A stretch of 64,000 nt of DNA from Yuukianura sp. NJ FZ-2021 (Eukaryota): assembly GCA_046563655.1 (NCBI GenBank), contig CM102286.1, positions 13,702,001-13,766,000 of the forward strand. The letters run 5' to 3'. The notes under the pieces are model-generated. The model searched no databases, was not told where the DNA came from, and was given only the letters and a program-made list of their open reading frames with translations. The translations under genes and the position numbers were made by a program. Shown here in pieces: positions 13,831 through 28,113 of the stretch. The first letter of the stretch is position 1. Each line of letters opens with the position of its first letter.

Positions 13831-15087
13831 CTAATGTCCAAGTCAGTTAAAGTTAGTGCGCAGTTTTTTAGCAGGAGATAAGTCATAATTAACTAAGAAG
13901 TTAGCTAATCACTGTTCTTGGCCAGTGATCCCTTCCATGTCCTCCTTTTCAGTGTAACGTAGGAGCATGATCATAAAATAGCTTTACAAAACTAAAAACT
14001 AAACAAATTTTTTGTTTGTCTCAGACCAATTTGCCCTGAAAAAGAAGAATCCCTTGAGTAAATTTATTTTATGCGACATTGAAAACTACAACTACAATAT
14101 GAACAGTCAACATAACTTTTTTTTTCACCTAACGTAACCTTAGCATCATACCAACATGACAGTGTAAATGTCAAAATGTCACTGCAAATTCAACACAAAC
14201 TGTAGAAGTTTTCAAAACTTTGGCGACCCTGAAAAAAACTTTTTTACTACAAATTGAGTCAATGCATTTTTACAGCTCACAAATTGGTAGGGTAGATGCT
14301 AATACAAACCAAATTCTTTAAAAATGATTTCAAAATTGTACTCTTTTTTTTTGAAAAAGTGCTTTTTGAAAATGTTAATTTGTCATTTTAAGTACAGTTT
14401 GACCCTGATGAACCGGACATGGGCTAGGTAGGTTGAAGGTCAAGGGAAAAGACAAGCCTTCACCTTCATTGAATTTGACATTGTGGAAAATAAATGTGAT
14501 TGACGAAGGCCTCAAGTGGGTCAATAAAAGTAAGAACTTGTTTGATTCGTCCACTCCAAGAACAAAAGCCACAACATACGTTAGTCACTGTTAACTTTAC
14601 TCACAATTGAAGCATTAACCTACTCAAACTTATTCCATTGTTAGCTTCTCAGAAAATAAATGAGTTCAGGGGGTTCCAAGATTTGAGAAAAATGTAACGC
14701 TGACGCATATAAACTTTTCGTGTTTTGCGTTTTATTTTTGCAACTGTAAACAATTGATTGTAAAATGAGTCTAAACGTGATTGTCTTTAGTTTAAAAATT
14801 AGCGGGTAGAAAAGTAGAAAATTAGAACATTAAAAGAGTACAAGATGCAGAAACAACAAAAACATCTTAAAACTTAAATTACATTTAAACGTAATATATG
14901 TTAGCCTAACTTAAATTTAATTAACTTTAAACACTTTAAACTTTACGTTTACGTTGTGTTGTATAACTTAGCCTGGTTGATTACGTTTACATGTCCACTT
15001 CAGATCTTAACTTTTGATCAACTAATTTTAAACGTTTAATTACAATTACAATTAATTAAATTAGCTTAAATTTAGCTCCTTAAATTC

Positions 15088-18000
15088 CTAAAGTTCACTG
15101 GATTTGTTACTGTGTCCATTAGCTTCCATGTCGTAGTTCTGTCACGAACAAGAAGAAACCCAAAATGTCAAAATTCGTGGTATTTTTTTTTCAAATTTCG
15201 AAAATTTTATGAAATTTTGAATTACCTTAAATGAAGGATTGTCATAAGATGACTCCGATTTTCTATCGTTGATTGGTAATTTGGATTGGCTTTGTTTTTT
15301 TATGAGAATCATTAACAAGGCGATAATTCCAATGACGGAAAATGTCGCCACGATGGCCAGAGCCACGAGAGCTCCGTAGTAACTGGTTGCTGGTTGTGCT
15401 GGTCCAGGAGCTCCAGCATTCAATAAATTAGATTCTGAAATTTCAAAACCAAAATTTCAAAAAACTAAATTTTTAATGTTTTAAAAAAATTCTAACCTTG
15501 TTCTGACTTTTCTGGTGACGGTAGGCTACCACTGCCAACTTTGGTAAGAACGTAGATGACATTTGAGCGTTTCTTTTTTCCATTCGTTAGGAAAGCTTCC
15601 AACCATACGCGGTACCTACAACAAAAAATTCAATTACCGCTCCAATTCAATTATCCCGTTTTTCAAAAAAAAAGTGCTCCCAAATTTTGTTTTCTTGTTC
15701 CAAGTTAAGCTGAGGACTAACCTCGTTCCAGGTTTTAAGTCCTGGAGAACTGCTCTCTTGGTCGTCTCTCTGTCTGCCACTTTGAAGTAACTCTTCTGTT
15801 CCTTCTGATTGTCACTTTGATAGAGGACTTGAAAAATGTTAACAAATTTATCTTCGGGGAATGGCACTCCTTCCCAAATGAGTTCTGCAGTGGTTTCTCC
15901 AATTTTCCCTGCCTCGACACTCACGGAAAAGGAGAAGTCATCGACCTCTGGCGGCGTCTCGACGTGAATTCCACTTTCGGACTGAAGTTCTGTCGTCTGA
16001 TTGGTGAAGGGAACGAGGAGCAGCGACACTTCATACTTTTTGCCTGGCTGGAGGTTGGTCAACTTGTAACTGTTGAGAGACCGGTGAATCAGTTCGGAAG
16101 TCACGTAGATCTAAAATTTCAACAACAAAAATACCACATTTTAAAGCATTTTTTGAATTTTGGCACTTTTGGATTTCGAAAGTTTTGTATTTCGGCAGGA
16201 TCAACTTTCGAAAGATTTTAATATAAGAAGTTTTAAATTTCGAAATTTTAAATTCTGGAACGTTTAAGTATAGGAAGTCATAGATTTTAGAAGTTTTGAA
16301 TTTCGGAAGATTGGAATTTAGGAAGTTTTGCATTTAGAAAGATTTGAGTTTCGGAAGATTGGAATTTAGGAAGTTTTGAATTTAGGAAGATTTGAAATTC
16401 CGGCTAACCTGGTCATCATAGGCTTTGTACTTGACTTGCACACCGTCAATCAAAGACGACTCAAAATCCGTAAATTTTCTCCAAGAAACTTCCAAAGTGC
16501 GACTCGTCGTTTCCAAAACTTTCAGTTCCGGATCGATTTTTACAATTGGCGGTAAAGCTGGCAAGTATTTTAAAAATTTGAGTTTTTGTGTATGAAATTT
16601 TTAAAAAGTTGGCGTAACTAGGCTAGCCAAAGTTAAATTTAGGTTATTTGTACCTGCTGGAGGAGTGCGTATAACAAAAATGTCACTGACAGGTGAATTG
16701 TGGATGCTTGAAATGATCACTTGGATTTGAAGATGATACTCTGAATTTGGTTTGAGGCCGTTGAGGAATAACTGTAAGTGAGAATTGTCAATAACGTCTT
16801 CCGGTTGTTGAAAAAGTTGTTTTTCCCACTGAGTTGGATCGGGTTTCTTCCTGTAAAATTTTTCAAAGTTAAAGAAAAATGCAAAATTTTGAGTTTTGAG
16901 TTGGTTTGTGGTTTACCCAAATTCATTCGTGTATGAAACTTCCACGGCTCCTTGCAAACCAACCAAAACAGGAGAAACAGTAAAATCAATATGAAGCGTA
17001 GACTCGTTCAGTGCTCGAATTATGACGCCAGTAATTTCGTCATCTAAAATTTCAAAATTCAAATTCAATGTGAATTGAATTCATAAAATTTCAAAATTTT
17101 GAATAATGCAGAACTAGTTCTTACGAGCCATTCCAGTTTCCGTTTCTTGCAGATTCGTTCCACCAAATGGAAATTGATTCGGCGCTAGAATTAGTTGAAA
17201 CAGAAAATTAATTACTACACAACTTTTCTTTTAAGGCAATTTAAAATTTAAATTTTTATCTTTAAAAATTTTGTTTTGTTGGAAAATTTTTGGAAATTTG
17301 AAGCAGAAAAGCAAAGCATCTGAACAAAACAAGCACAAACCTGGAAGCATTGCATGGGGAAAGTTTGGTCTCGGAGGTGATGGTGGGAACGGTGGCGGCG
17401 GTGGGGCTTCAGCTCCATCTTCCGGCACAAACAGAATCACACTTCCATCTGGAGCGTGTCCCACCACGCGAGCTCCTTGACGCTCCAGCTCACGGATTTC
17501 GGCGGTAACTTTTGAAGAGACGTGTAACCCTGGGCGACGGTGACCTTGACCTTGACCTTGCCCTGGTCTGTTTGGATGACCTTCGTTTTCTGCCGACAGT
17601 CGATGCAACAGTTCCTGGAGCTGATGGGCTTGGAGTCTGTCTAATCCTATGATACTCGGCTCATTTCCGGTAGATGGCGGCACCAACAGATCTTCATTTT
17701 CTTCATCATCTCCATACAGTAGGCCATGGTGAAGAAGGTGCGTCAGGGGCGGTGGGATGTGGAATCCTGGTGGGGCATTCGGTGGGGCCAGTTTTGGTGG
17801 GACCGAATGATTTGTAACTACTGGGTGGTGGCTAGGCGGGGCATTAGGAAGCAGTGGCACAGATCCATCTAGTGTCAAAAGCCACAATGAAAAGGTCAAC
17901 AAAAAGTGCAGCAAAAAATAAAAAATTCAAAAAAGTCAGCGTCTAAAAATGTTCTAAAGTTGGAAGCATTTTGAAATTCGACTAAAAATGCTAAACTAAG

Positions 18001-21000
18001 TTGAAATGGCTTTAAAATTTTGAAAAATTAAAATTTTTACCAGTTTTGTTCGGAATAGGACAAACCCATCCCATACAGCACTCGTTGTAGTGGAGCGGCA
18101 TGACCTTGGCAACCCCGGGTGGACATTGCAGATTTTTTGGCGGAGTTTCACTCAAACGGGGACAAGCACTTTGACACGTCACGTTTCCATACTCGCAGTA
18201 GCATCTCTTTTCACATCCGCTCAGCGTTTCCGGAATTTCTTCAAAATTTCGAAAAGTCCGTCCCAAAAACGAACAACTCGAATTTTGAACACACTTCATT
18301 TGTGAACAACAGTTCGGCGGAATGCGTTCTCCCTCGGGCTCTACCGGTTCCCACTTGACACAGTTGGGGTCAATCAGGTCAAGGCCAAAGTCCGTTGGAC
18401 ATTCCAGTGGAGAACATGAAACGCTGCCAGCATCTTCGCAGACGCAGTACTCCTCACATCCGTCATAAAATTCTTCACCAGCACTAAAAGTTTTGTTTTT
18501 GTAAGTGCAAACGGCTTCACCCGAAGTCGGTCCGAAATCGTCCCGAGCTTCTTCGGAACTTTCTTCTTCGTATTCATGCACTTCGTTCTTGTCTTGTGCT
18601 TTGGTTTTTCCTGACCCGACGTCACTTCGAATCCCGTTGACCTCAACTTGAAAAAAATAAAGTTTCCCGGGGTCAAGTCCACTAACGATTGTATGCAGTT
18701 CGTCACTTCCTTCAACGAACAAGTCTTGCACTCGGAGTGTAACCATTTTAGACCAGGAATCGGTTGGAGCCGATTCGTTCAGAGAATAAAAAATGTGGAT
18801 CGGCAGTTTCAAAATTTCGGAAAGATGATCTTCTGCAACTTTTATGGAAACGAAAACAGCCGATTCGTTTATGGGCATGACCGTAGTGATTTTCAAAGTC
18901 AAGTGTTGAATCTGCGTCTGCGCAGTGGTTGTGGTACCGCGGAAGCGTGAATCGTCAATGTCGTCCAACCGTGCGGTTCGTTCCGTGGAGCTGGCGGCAT
19001 TTTGGAGTCGTTTTCGTTCAAGTTCGATCGCTTGTTTCATGACGTCACTGACGGTATGGTTTCCACATACGGTGACATTACAACATGGATCGGTTGGATC
19101 TTGAAGTGTGATGCAATCTTTGTCCAGAAGTACGGGACCCATAGGTGGACACCTTGGCAAAAAAAAGTCAGAATTTCGAAATTTTACAAAACTTCAAAAA
19201 ATTGCATTTTTAGGAAATTTCAAAAAATTTGAACATCTTAACACAAAACGTGAATACCGTTGTCAGTTTTTCCTAAACCAAAACGGAATCTTTAAAATTA
19301 TTTACGGTCGTCGACCCTATTTTGATTTTAAAATTTCGAAGTTAAAGCGGAAAACTTTATGTTTTCGAAAATGATGTAAGAAGTGTGTAGAAAACCACAG
19401 GAGAAACAGTTTAAATTTTGTCAAAACAGGAACGTTATTTGCAAAACCCAGTCTCAAGTTTGCCATTTTGTGTCACCAGAGCGTAACGATTTTGTTTGTG
19501 GTTATGTTATGTTTTTGTGGTTTTAGTTTAGTTTTCCCTTGACTAGTTTGAAATGTTTCAGTTCCTTAGTCAATTAATTATACCTTGGTTGACAAGTAAC
19601 ATCACCATTGAGGAAGCACATGCACTGCTGATCACAACCATCAAAAAATTTCTCCTCTTTTTCATAACTTCGGTTTTTGTACAAACAGCCATCAGTGGAA
19701 ACGCGGGCTTTTTCTTTTTTAACTTCTCCTTCGCAAACTAAAGTTTCGCAACATTCTGGATCCGAAGCGTCTTTTTCAATGTGACATCCTGCGGGAATCT
19801 TCTGCTCTTCGTCGTGGCGGTAACTGCACCGCGGCTATTCAAAAACAACAAAATTCATAAATTTTTCAAAGAATTTTCAAAATTCTTTGAATTTTGAACT
19901 TACTAAACACAAAAATTCTCCTGACACTTCACAGTGACACTTGTAGCTGCATCCGTCTAAATACTCTTCACCATATGAAAACGTTTTATTATTGGAACTG
20001 CAACCTTCAACTTTTTTGTCCTGTGCAGAAACGGCGGGAAAAGTTGAATTTAAAACTGGAGCTGAAACGTGAGTGGACGTTGGCACTAAAAAGCAAAAAA
20101 AAAATCTAATGAGGTCATTAACACCAAATTTTTCATTTTTGTTTCATACAAATTTTGTTCGTGTCACGTACGCCTGTGCAAGAGTAATTTAAAACACGTA
20201 CGTAATTTATTGCTCAACTCAATACTCAATTGAGCATGTTCTAAATACTTCTTGTTTAATTTGTGTTTTTTGAATACCTGCTGCGCATGCGTTTTTGAAA
20301 CAAAATTGTTTTATAATTTGTAAGCGTGTTCCACACCTTTTTTGTTCTTTTTTGCTAACAAGTTAAGTATAAAGTCGAGCTCAGAATTTAGTTAACCTTG
20401 TGTGAACGTGAAATGGAAAGCGGATCTCTCGTGCCAAAAAAAAAATATAATTGAGTTTAAAATCAACATTTTGCAAACACAAATTTCAAGACGTTTTACT
20501 CGACCTCGAACTCATCTTCACAAAACTCGTTTTTCTCAACAATTTCTAAATTTGATTTACTTTTGTAAGGAAAGAGACATGAACAAAAAACAGTAAATTC
20601 TACTTCACTTTCAAAAATGCGTAAATCAAAAACGCAACTTTTTTTTTAAAACTTAAGAAACCGAAACTAAAATTTAGAGTATTTTTTTTCTTTCTCGCGT
20701 TATGTGAAAATTGCCAATTTTTGTAATTTCCGCATCGATGAGATTGAAAGCAAAAAAGAATTTGAACTTTGGCTCCAAAAATATCATTTTTTCAATCTCA
20801 TCTTCTTACATCCGTTTTTTAACAAAAGTAAAAGGAAAAGCATATCGGAACTGAAAATCTGACGCGTCAAGCTATACAGGTAGCTTGAAATTGCAAAAGA
20901 AGAGAAGAAGCTGATGGTTTTTTGCAACCAAAGAATGCGGGAGGTCATTGACCTTTTGATTTCCATCATTCCATCCCACACGGTGGTTGACTCGGAATAT

Positions 21001-24000
21001 TAATAGATGCAACATATTTCAAAGTCAAGAACTTTCGTACAACAATTTACGTCCTGCAGAGCGTCTCAAGACCCCCAATCACTCCTAACCACTACTCTGA
21101 GATCTCCCTGCGCCTGCGCAGCTTGAATTTGATCAAAACCTAATGTACCATCATGATTCAAGTTTAATCTAACATTAGTTTAATTAATTTCAAGTATAAT
21201 AACATATGTCTTACCCATTTGACATCCTTTGACTTTGTCATAAGCATCTCCACTGAAATTTTCTTTGCACACGCACAGTGTATCTTCATTTGGACTCTCA
21301 GATTGCATTCCGGCTGGACTCACTTCATAACGACAGTCTGCATTTGGACCACATTTGACCATGTCACATGGGTTCAACGACAGTTCTGCAATTAATCAAT
21401 CAAAAATTGACGTAAGACATAAGGTTTTGTTCATGAGTAGCATGAAATTTTGGAATGTAATAATTTTTAACAGCTAAAATTAATTGTGCACTTCAAATTT
21501 TTTGAAAGCTCCCTCCTCCCTAGTTCTCCTTCAATTGACTTGTCATTGATAGAGTTTTTTTATGGTGGCCAATCAGAATTCAGCTTTCATTGCGAATTCT
21601 TGATTTGAGTGAAAGTTTTTACTTGGAAGTAAAGAATGAGGAGGAGTGCATGTAAGTACAAGCAAATTGTGACATCTTCATTTTTAAAAAGTGATGCCAA
21701 AATTTTCATTGTTGCTCGACACCATTTTTATTGTTAGTTTAAAAAAAAATGCTAACAAGGAGTCGTTAACAGAACAAAAAAATTTTTTTGCAAACTTGTA
21801 ACTGCAAAAACTGCAAGCTGCATGAACTTTCAACGAATTTCAATTTCAAAAGAAAAGAGGGCCAATTCTCATTTTTTTTTCCAAAATAGAGCTCGTTGTC
21901 AAATTTTTCCAAAATGGAGCTAATTTTCTAATTTTTGCAACATGCTTTCAACCCTACATGAAATATTGGAAACTAAAAATTTGAGTTAGTCTTAAATATT
22001 TTATCAATTTTATAAAAAACTACATGGAGTTGTAACTCAAATCTTTTTTCTGTTTCTGATTATGGTTTTCGATGCAAGATGAAAGTGTAGGTGTCAAGTG
22101 AGGGCAACGCCCATCCCACTCACCTCTAAAACAAACAATAGTTTACTATGTTAATTAAAGTTTAATTAAAGTCAATTAAGTTAAAAAGTAACTCACCTCT
22201 GGCCATTCCGGCATGGGAAGAACGTGCACAAGCCACAATTACACAACATTCGTCATCTCCTGAAGGCTCTTCGAAACAAAGTGGGTCGGCGGCAAACGTT
22301 CCATTTTTAAAAAATGGAATTGAGCATCTCTCCATGCACTTCATCTCTCCATCCGCCAAACACTCGCATCTTGTATCACATCCTTCGAAAACAACTGCTC
22401 CCACGTGATACAAACTATTGTTGAACAAGCATCCAGTAGCAGGAGTAACTTCGGAAGTATTCGGTTGAAGTTCGGTTTGTACCGAAATAGTTGGTTCGGA
22501 ACTGCTCGGTTGCGGTACGGCTTCCGTCGTGGTTGTACTCACCGCTTCAGGCGTTTTTTCTGTCGTAGTGGTTTCTTTAATGGCTTCAGGAATATTGGTC
22601 GTAGGTTCGTCTCCATCTTGGGGCAATTCTTTTTCAGAAATTTCATCTTCTGTTGACTTTAGTTGCTCATGCGCAGACTGTTTCTCAATCTCACCTTGGG
22701 CTTCATCTGGTCCATTGTTTACAAAAGGCACTGAATATGAAAGAGAAAGCAAAACAAATCCTGTTAAGAAGTAGCAATTTACGAGGATTTGACTTTCAAA
22801 AAAAATGTTTCGTGCAAAGTTTTCAAAATTTGACTCATGCACGAACTACGTTGTTTGCGCAACCGCTAAACGGCTGTCACTTCACCTTTCTTTTGAGTAT
22901 GTGAGTGACTACTGCCTTATTAAAGATGCAGAAACGGATTCATGTGTCGAGAAATCTTATTCATCAGCATCATCATCATCATGCATTATTGATGCGTCAG
23001 CAGACTGACACTTAACGTTTCGTCATTGGGGAAAAATTGTCAAAACTTTTTCTTTGCAAAAAGGAAGATCACACTTGGCGATTTGTATGAGATGCGAAAA
23101 TTGCATCTCTAGAGACGCAAAAGGAGTTTGCGAATTGCAAAATCCTCGAAAACCCTCAACCATAATCACAATGATCTTAATTTTTTTTTAGGTCATGATC
23201 CATACAAAACTTATGGCAGTCAAGAAAAAGCATTTTTTCATTTTGAAATTTCAAATAATAGTGATACTTTTTCAAAAAAAAATTGAATTGTTCAATTATG
23301 GATCAAAACCGAACTGTGAACTTTTTTATGAATTTCTTAAAAATTATTTCGAAATAAAAAATGGCACATAATTCATCCATCTGCTGTTTGTCACAAATTT
23401 TGTTGAAGAAAATTGACATAACTGTTTTTGAAAAAAAAAATTGTCAGGAATTTTGTTGAGAAAAATTGACAAAGCTGTTTTCAAAAAAAATTGTCAGAAA
23501 TGTTGAGAAAAATTGATAGAACTGTTTTTTTAAATTGTCAGAAATGTTGATAAAAATTGACAGAACTGTTTTTGAATAAAAAATTGTCAGAACGTTTCTT
23601 GAGAAAAATTGACAGATCTGTTTCTAAAAAAAATTTTGAGTAATTTTGTTCAAGAAAACAATCTTTTTTTTCAACTACGCTAAAATTTTCATTTATTTTT
23701 TTGGAAATTTAAACCTTACCGTCAGAGGGCGTTGAAAATTGGACTTCTGGATATGTTTTGTGTCCCACCGTGTACTTGACAGTGTAAGAGTGGTTAGGTG
23801 CCAAATCCGACAGTGTCAACATTCCAAGTCCTGGAGGAATCATGTGATCCTTCCACACGTGATCTTCGTCATGCGCAGTTTGAGGTTCCGCGACACTTGA
23901 GGACAAAGCAATTGACAAAATGGCCGTTTTGTCATGCACTGGTAACTTTATAGATGCAGAAGTAGCTGTTGTTTTTACTATACTAATTTTCATCATTTCG

Positions 24001-27000
24001 CTTTCTTCGTCATGTGACATTTCAGGCACATCGGATGTCAACAGTTGGACTCCATGTTCATCTTCCTGCAAAGTGCCATCAGCGTCGTGTGAATGCTCAT
24101 TTTCAGCATCTTCATGCAATTCTTCGGAAGGAGATGTCACCAATTCAGCACTTTCGTCTTCAATTTTTCCGTTTTTGTGTGTATGTGCATCGGAATCTTC
24201 GTCATCTTCCCGCCGTAGATTGTTTTGGTCATCGGAATCTTCAAATTTGAAATTTCGAGCCTGCGCATGCCCATGACCGCTGGCAGTCACATTATGACCT
24301 GTTCCGTTTTTGCACCCTTCTGGTTTCACACCCCCATCTTCCAAATGGCATAAAGTGGCTACACAAAGAGGAACAACGGGAGATGAGCAATTATTCGGCT
24401 ATTGGTGTCGACACATTTATTATTACAATTATCACCCCCTTCCACCCCCATTTTTCAAAAAAGTACTCAAAATGGTATGAAGTTCCAAAAACTTCAATTG
24501 AATTGTCATGATTCTACCACAGAAATTGGTCTTGGCCTTGAAAAAAGATGAGTTTAGGATCATCACGACTTTGCAATTTTTTGGAGATGAGTTGCTCATA
24601 ATTCTTAAAACTAGGCACAAAAACTTTAATTGTTGAGCACCTTAAAAGCGTGCTGTTCTTCCTTGAGTTTTTGTAAATCTTAATTCCTGTCTAATTGCAA
24701 TATGAATTATTGGCTTAACATTAAAAAAATCAAGGTTCAATTTTTATACAAATCTATTTCAAATTTTTACGAATCGAGGCATGTAAATCCATGTGTCATG
24801 AATTATCAATTAGCGGATTCCGAAAATTTATTGACAAAAAGTGTTGATTAATGAATGTAAAAAGTGTAAAGTAGCCATGAAATTGTTGTTGTGACCTCAA
24901 ACCAATTCACTTACATTCTAAAAATGAAAAAATATGCACACATCCAGTTCATGCAAACTTCAAAATAGTCCACAAACCTTGGCGTCCGTTTGAAACTGTA
25001 GAGATTAAGTTTTTCAATTAACAGTTTTCATGAAAATTTTTCAACTGATGGATAATTTTATAAACACAAAACGGAAAATAAACGACAACAAAAACAAGTA
25101 GAAAAAAGTTCTCAAAATATTTTTTTTGTATTTTTAGTTTTTGGAGACGAAAAAAACCAAGGTTTTGTAAACTTTTTGAAATTTTTGTCTTGCAAGATAT
25201 AATTATAACGGTAACTTTTGAATTTTTCTTAGCTTTTTTTGAATGAATGTTATTTTATTTGATTTTGATTGTGAAACTGATGATGATGTAAATTTTATAG
25301 CCTAAATCAAAGTTGACAAATCGTGTCCACGTTTGGCCGTGACGATTGACAGTTGAATAACAAAAAATTGTCAATTGAAATTATGAAAAAATTTATACAC
25401 CAAGTACAATTGACATTTTTTTGTAAGAAAAAAGTTTCTTTTGTTCCCACGAGTGTAACTGAATCTTATTTCCAAGGTCAATGACCTCCTACCTGGTTTC
25501 TCTTGTTCCTTTTCCTTGGAAATGCCGGAAGAAGCGCCAGCGTCTGCGCACTCTCGAGTTCCCTCAGCAACGGCTTGTCCCGTTGGACATGCGCAGAGAG
25601 CTCGATGACTCCGGACGCTGCAAATCCCATTGGTTGGTCCACTCTCTGCGCAGACGTCACCCAACACTTTACAAGGATCAGCACACGCTCCACCAAAACA
25701 AAAACGGTCATTCGAACACTCAGTGTCATCCACACAGGAAGTCTCGGCTATGAAAAAAAACAAACAAACAATGATTTTGCACAAAAGAGAAAAAAATTTG
25801 CACATAAAAAAGTTTCCGTTGTGCAAACTTTTGTTTTACAATATTACAAAGGCTCTCACAATTGGCTTACAAAAAAAAATCAATTTTAAGCTCAATTATT
25901 TGCAGTAGCTTTACGCCACTCCTTGTTTATTTTTTTTTAACCAAAATCCAATTTCGACAATTCCAAAAAATATTGACAAAAAATCAGCACAATTTCCTAA
26001 TAATTTTTTTTGTAGTTTCTACATATATGCGAGACATGAACATCTTTAGTGTGTTTTAGCAGCAAAACCAAATGTTAAACTTCGTATTTAATTTTACTTA
26101 TAATTAATAGATTTAGATTTGAGATGTGATTGAGCGTGTGAAAAAAGTGATGCTGCTTTTCTTTTCAGTTTCACATTCACAATCTACAGTAACTTTTGTT
26201 TTGGAAATTGGAAACGTACATTTACGCGTACAAGTCGTACATGGCGGAAAGTGTGTCATGCAAACTTCGGTGCTGAACACACCTTATACACACCTTTTAG
26301 ATAAAACTACAAAGCAGAAAGTTCAAGTGCAAGGATGTAAAAATGTAAATGCACCAAAGTCATTCTGCCTTTGTTCGTTAGTTAGTAAAATGCGTTTATT
26401 CAAACGGAACGCACATTAAACCATCAATTTCCTGATCAAATCTCAAACTAACGCAGATCTCGAAATCCACGGAGATCCTGATCCTGTCAACGCCCAATGT
26501 CAACAGTAAAAATTTCACTTGAATTTTGTACCAGCAGTATGGCCACCGAACACAATTGTTCACAAGTAGTTAAATTTTTGCACATCACTCAACTCAACCT
26601 GCAGATTTGTTAAATTTGCAAATTCTGCAAGAAATTTGTAAAATTGAAATTCTAAAAATAATTTTAGTTTTTACTTTTAATTTCGATCTGGATGAATGAA
26701 TACAAGTGAAATATAAAAATCAGAATCTGGCCAATTAACCTACTCCTTGCAAATTCCGATTGTTAAGGAAAAGTTGTAAATTTGTAAATGAAAACTTTTC
26801 CTTCAGAGAAAAAAAATCGCACTAAATGCTTTGTTCAAAACTTTTACCCACTCTGCTGTGCTGATCAAGTGAAGATGCGTTTCGAATTTGAAAAAAAAAG
26901 TAGAATAACTTGTTAGGATGAGACATAAAAACCAAAAAAATTTCAATTAATTCTGCACACAGATTTGTGAAATTTTGAACAGTACAGTAGTCAGTCCACC

Positions 27001-28113
27001 TTCTCTGTCCACATATTGTCACGTTGACCTAAAATTGTGATCTTTCAATTCAACAAAAAGAAACACGAAATCAAGTCAAAGTAAAGCCAAATGTCAAAAT
27101 GAAGCGTTTTTTAGTCAAAACTTTTCAAAAGCAAACTTTCTTAAATAAAAATTTTTCAAAATGACTTCTTTACCCTTGTCACTTGTGTTTTTAAGACCAA
27201 TATTTTAAAAATTAAACAGCAATTGTATGTAATTTGGCTCGTGAAAATTATTTACGTTTGATAAAATTTTGAGAAACAATACAAAAAATTGGCAAATGCT
27301 TGAAATTGTTCCATTTCATGAAACAAACAATTACGAACTCAACTTCCTATAAATCACATGTTAGGTTGTACAGTATGAACAGTATATTATACTGTCAGTA
27401 TTTCTGGGTACTGCACAGTATCCGCATATTCTTTTCATAAATACGATTCTCAACAGATCTTATAATGATACACTTGCCGCACGCTAATTCCCGACGTCAT
27501 TTCACATGAAAAGTTGCTTCACCCCATGGGAACCCCAGTCCATTCATTACAAAAAAAAATTTCCTAGTACGCATGTGCACGGCGCACGATTCTACATGCG
27601 GATGCTCAAATTGTGGATTTTGCAAACTCAATAATTTATCAAAAAACTTGAACTATTAGTATTGGAAAACACAAATTTTGTTGGTGTGACCTTTCACATG
27701 GTCGAAAATTTTGAATTTTTCTTTTTTTTTTAAATTTTGTGACCTTTGACCTCTAAAAACTTACGTTGGCACTTTCGATTCTCTCCGACTGAACAAACCA
27801 AGCCAAAATCCGTGTCGCACGGTAACTCTACGTCGTTGCACGGATCACTCAACTGTTTGGCACAAACTAGACAGCATGAACAGTCTTTTCTGGGCAGTAG
27901 TCTACCGGAAGTACATTTGGCTTCCGTTAGGTTCCGGGCAGCACATGGTACAGCGCCGTCGCACAAACAACTTAAGTCATTTTCTGCTAACACATCACTA
28001 ATAAATACAACTACTAAACTAAGACTTAGCACAAAAAATGTTGTCGTGACCCTTGACCTCGGCGCCAGTCTTGAATTGTCTCTGAAGGACCGATTGTTCC
28101 ACTGGAGCCACAT
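15088..28113 (-). CDS. sas: Stranded at second (Sas)-like epidermal cell-surface receptor: signal, IGFBP-like, EGF-like, VWC repeats, FN3 repeats, TM, NPxF motif, PDZ-type C-terminus
   Basis: Approximate exons: 28113-27765, 25747-25493, 24358-23720, 22730-22197, 21385-21215, 20085-19904, 19834-19584, 19152-18041, 17868-17341, 17184-17125, 17043-~16917, ~16850-16653, ~16557-16410, ~16110-15722, ~15615-15497, ~15433-15226, 15138-15088. There are five VWC-type modules (C.Y/FxN..Y..GE.F.DGC…C.C…G…C). The three membrane-proximal FN3 domains carry Sas-like motifs (IDGVQVKY; WEGVPFPEDKFVNIF…DLKPGTRYRVWLEAFLTNG). TM is YYGALVALAIVATFSVIGIIALLMILI, followed by tail YDNPSFK and C-terminus …KSSEL*. Confidence 0.88.
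16150..16400. repeat. Intronic degenerate tandem repeat (TTCGGAAGATTGGAATTTAGGAAGTTTTG)
   Basis: Repeated units visible directly in a sas intron. Confidence 0.75.
23395..23655. repeat. Intronic ~45-bp tandem repeat (TGTTGAGAAAAATTGACAGAACTGTTTTT…AAATTGTCAGAA)
   Basis: About 5 degenerate copies visible. Confidence 0.8.
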
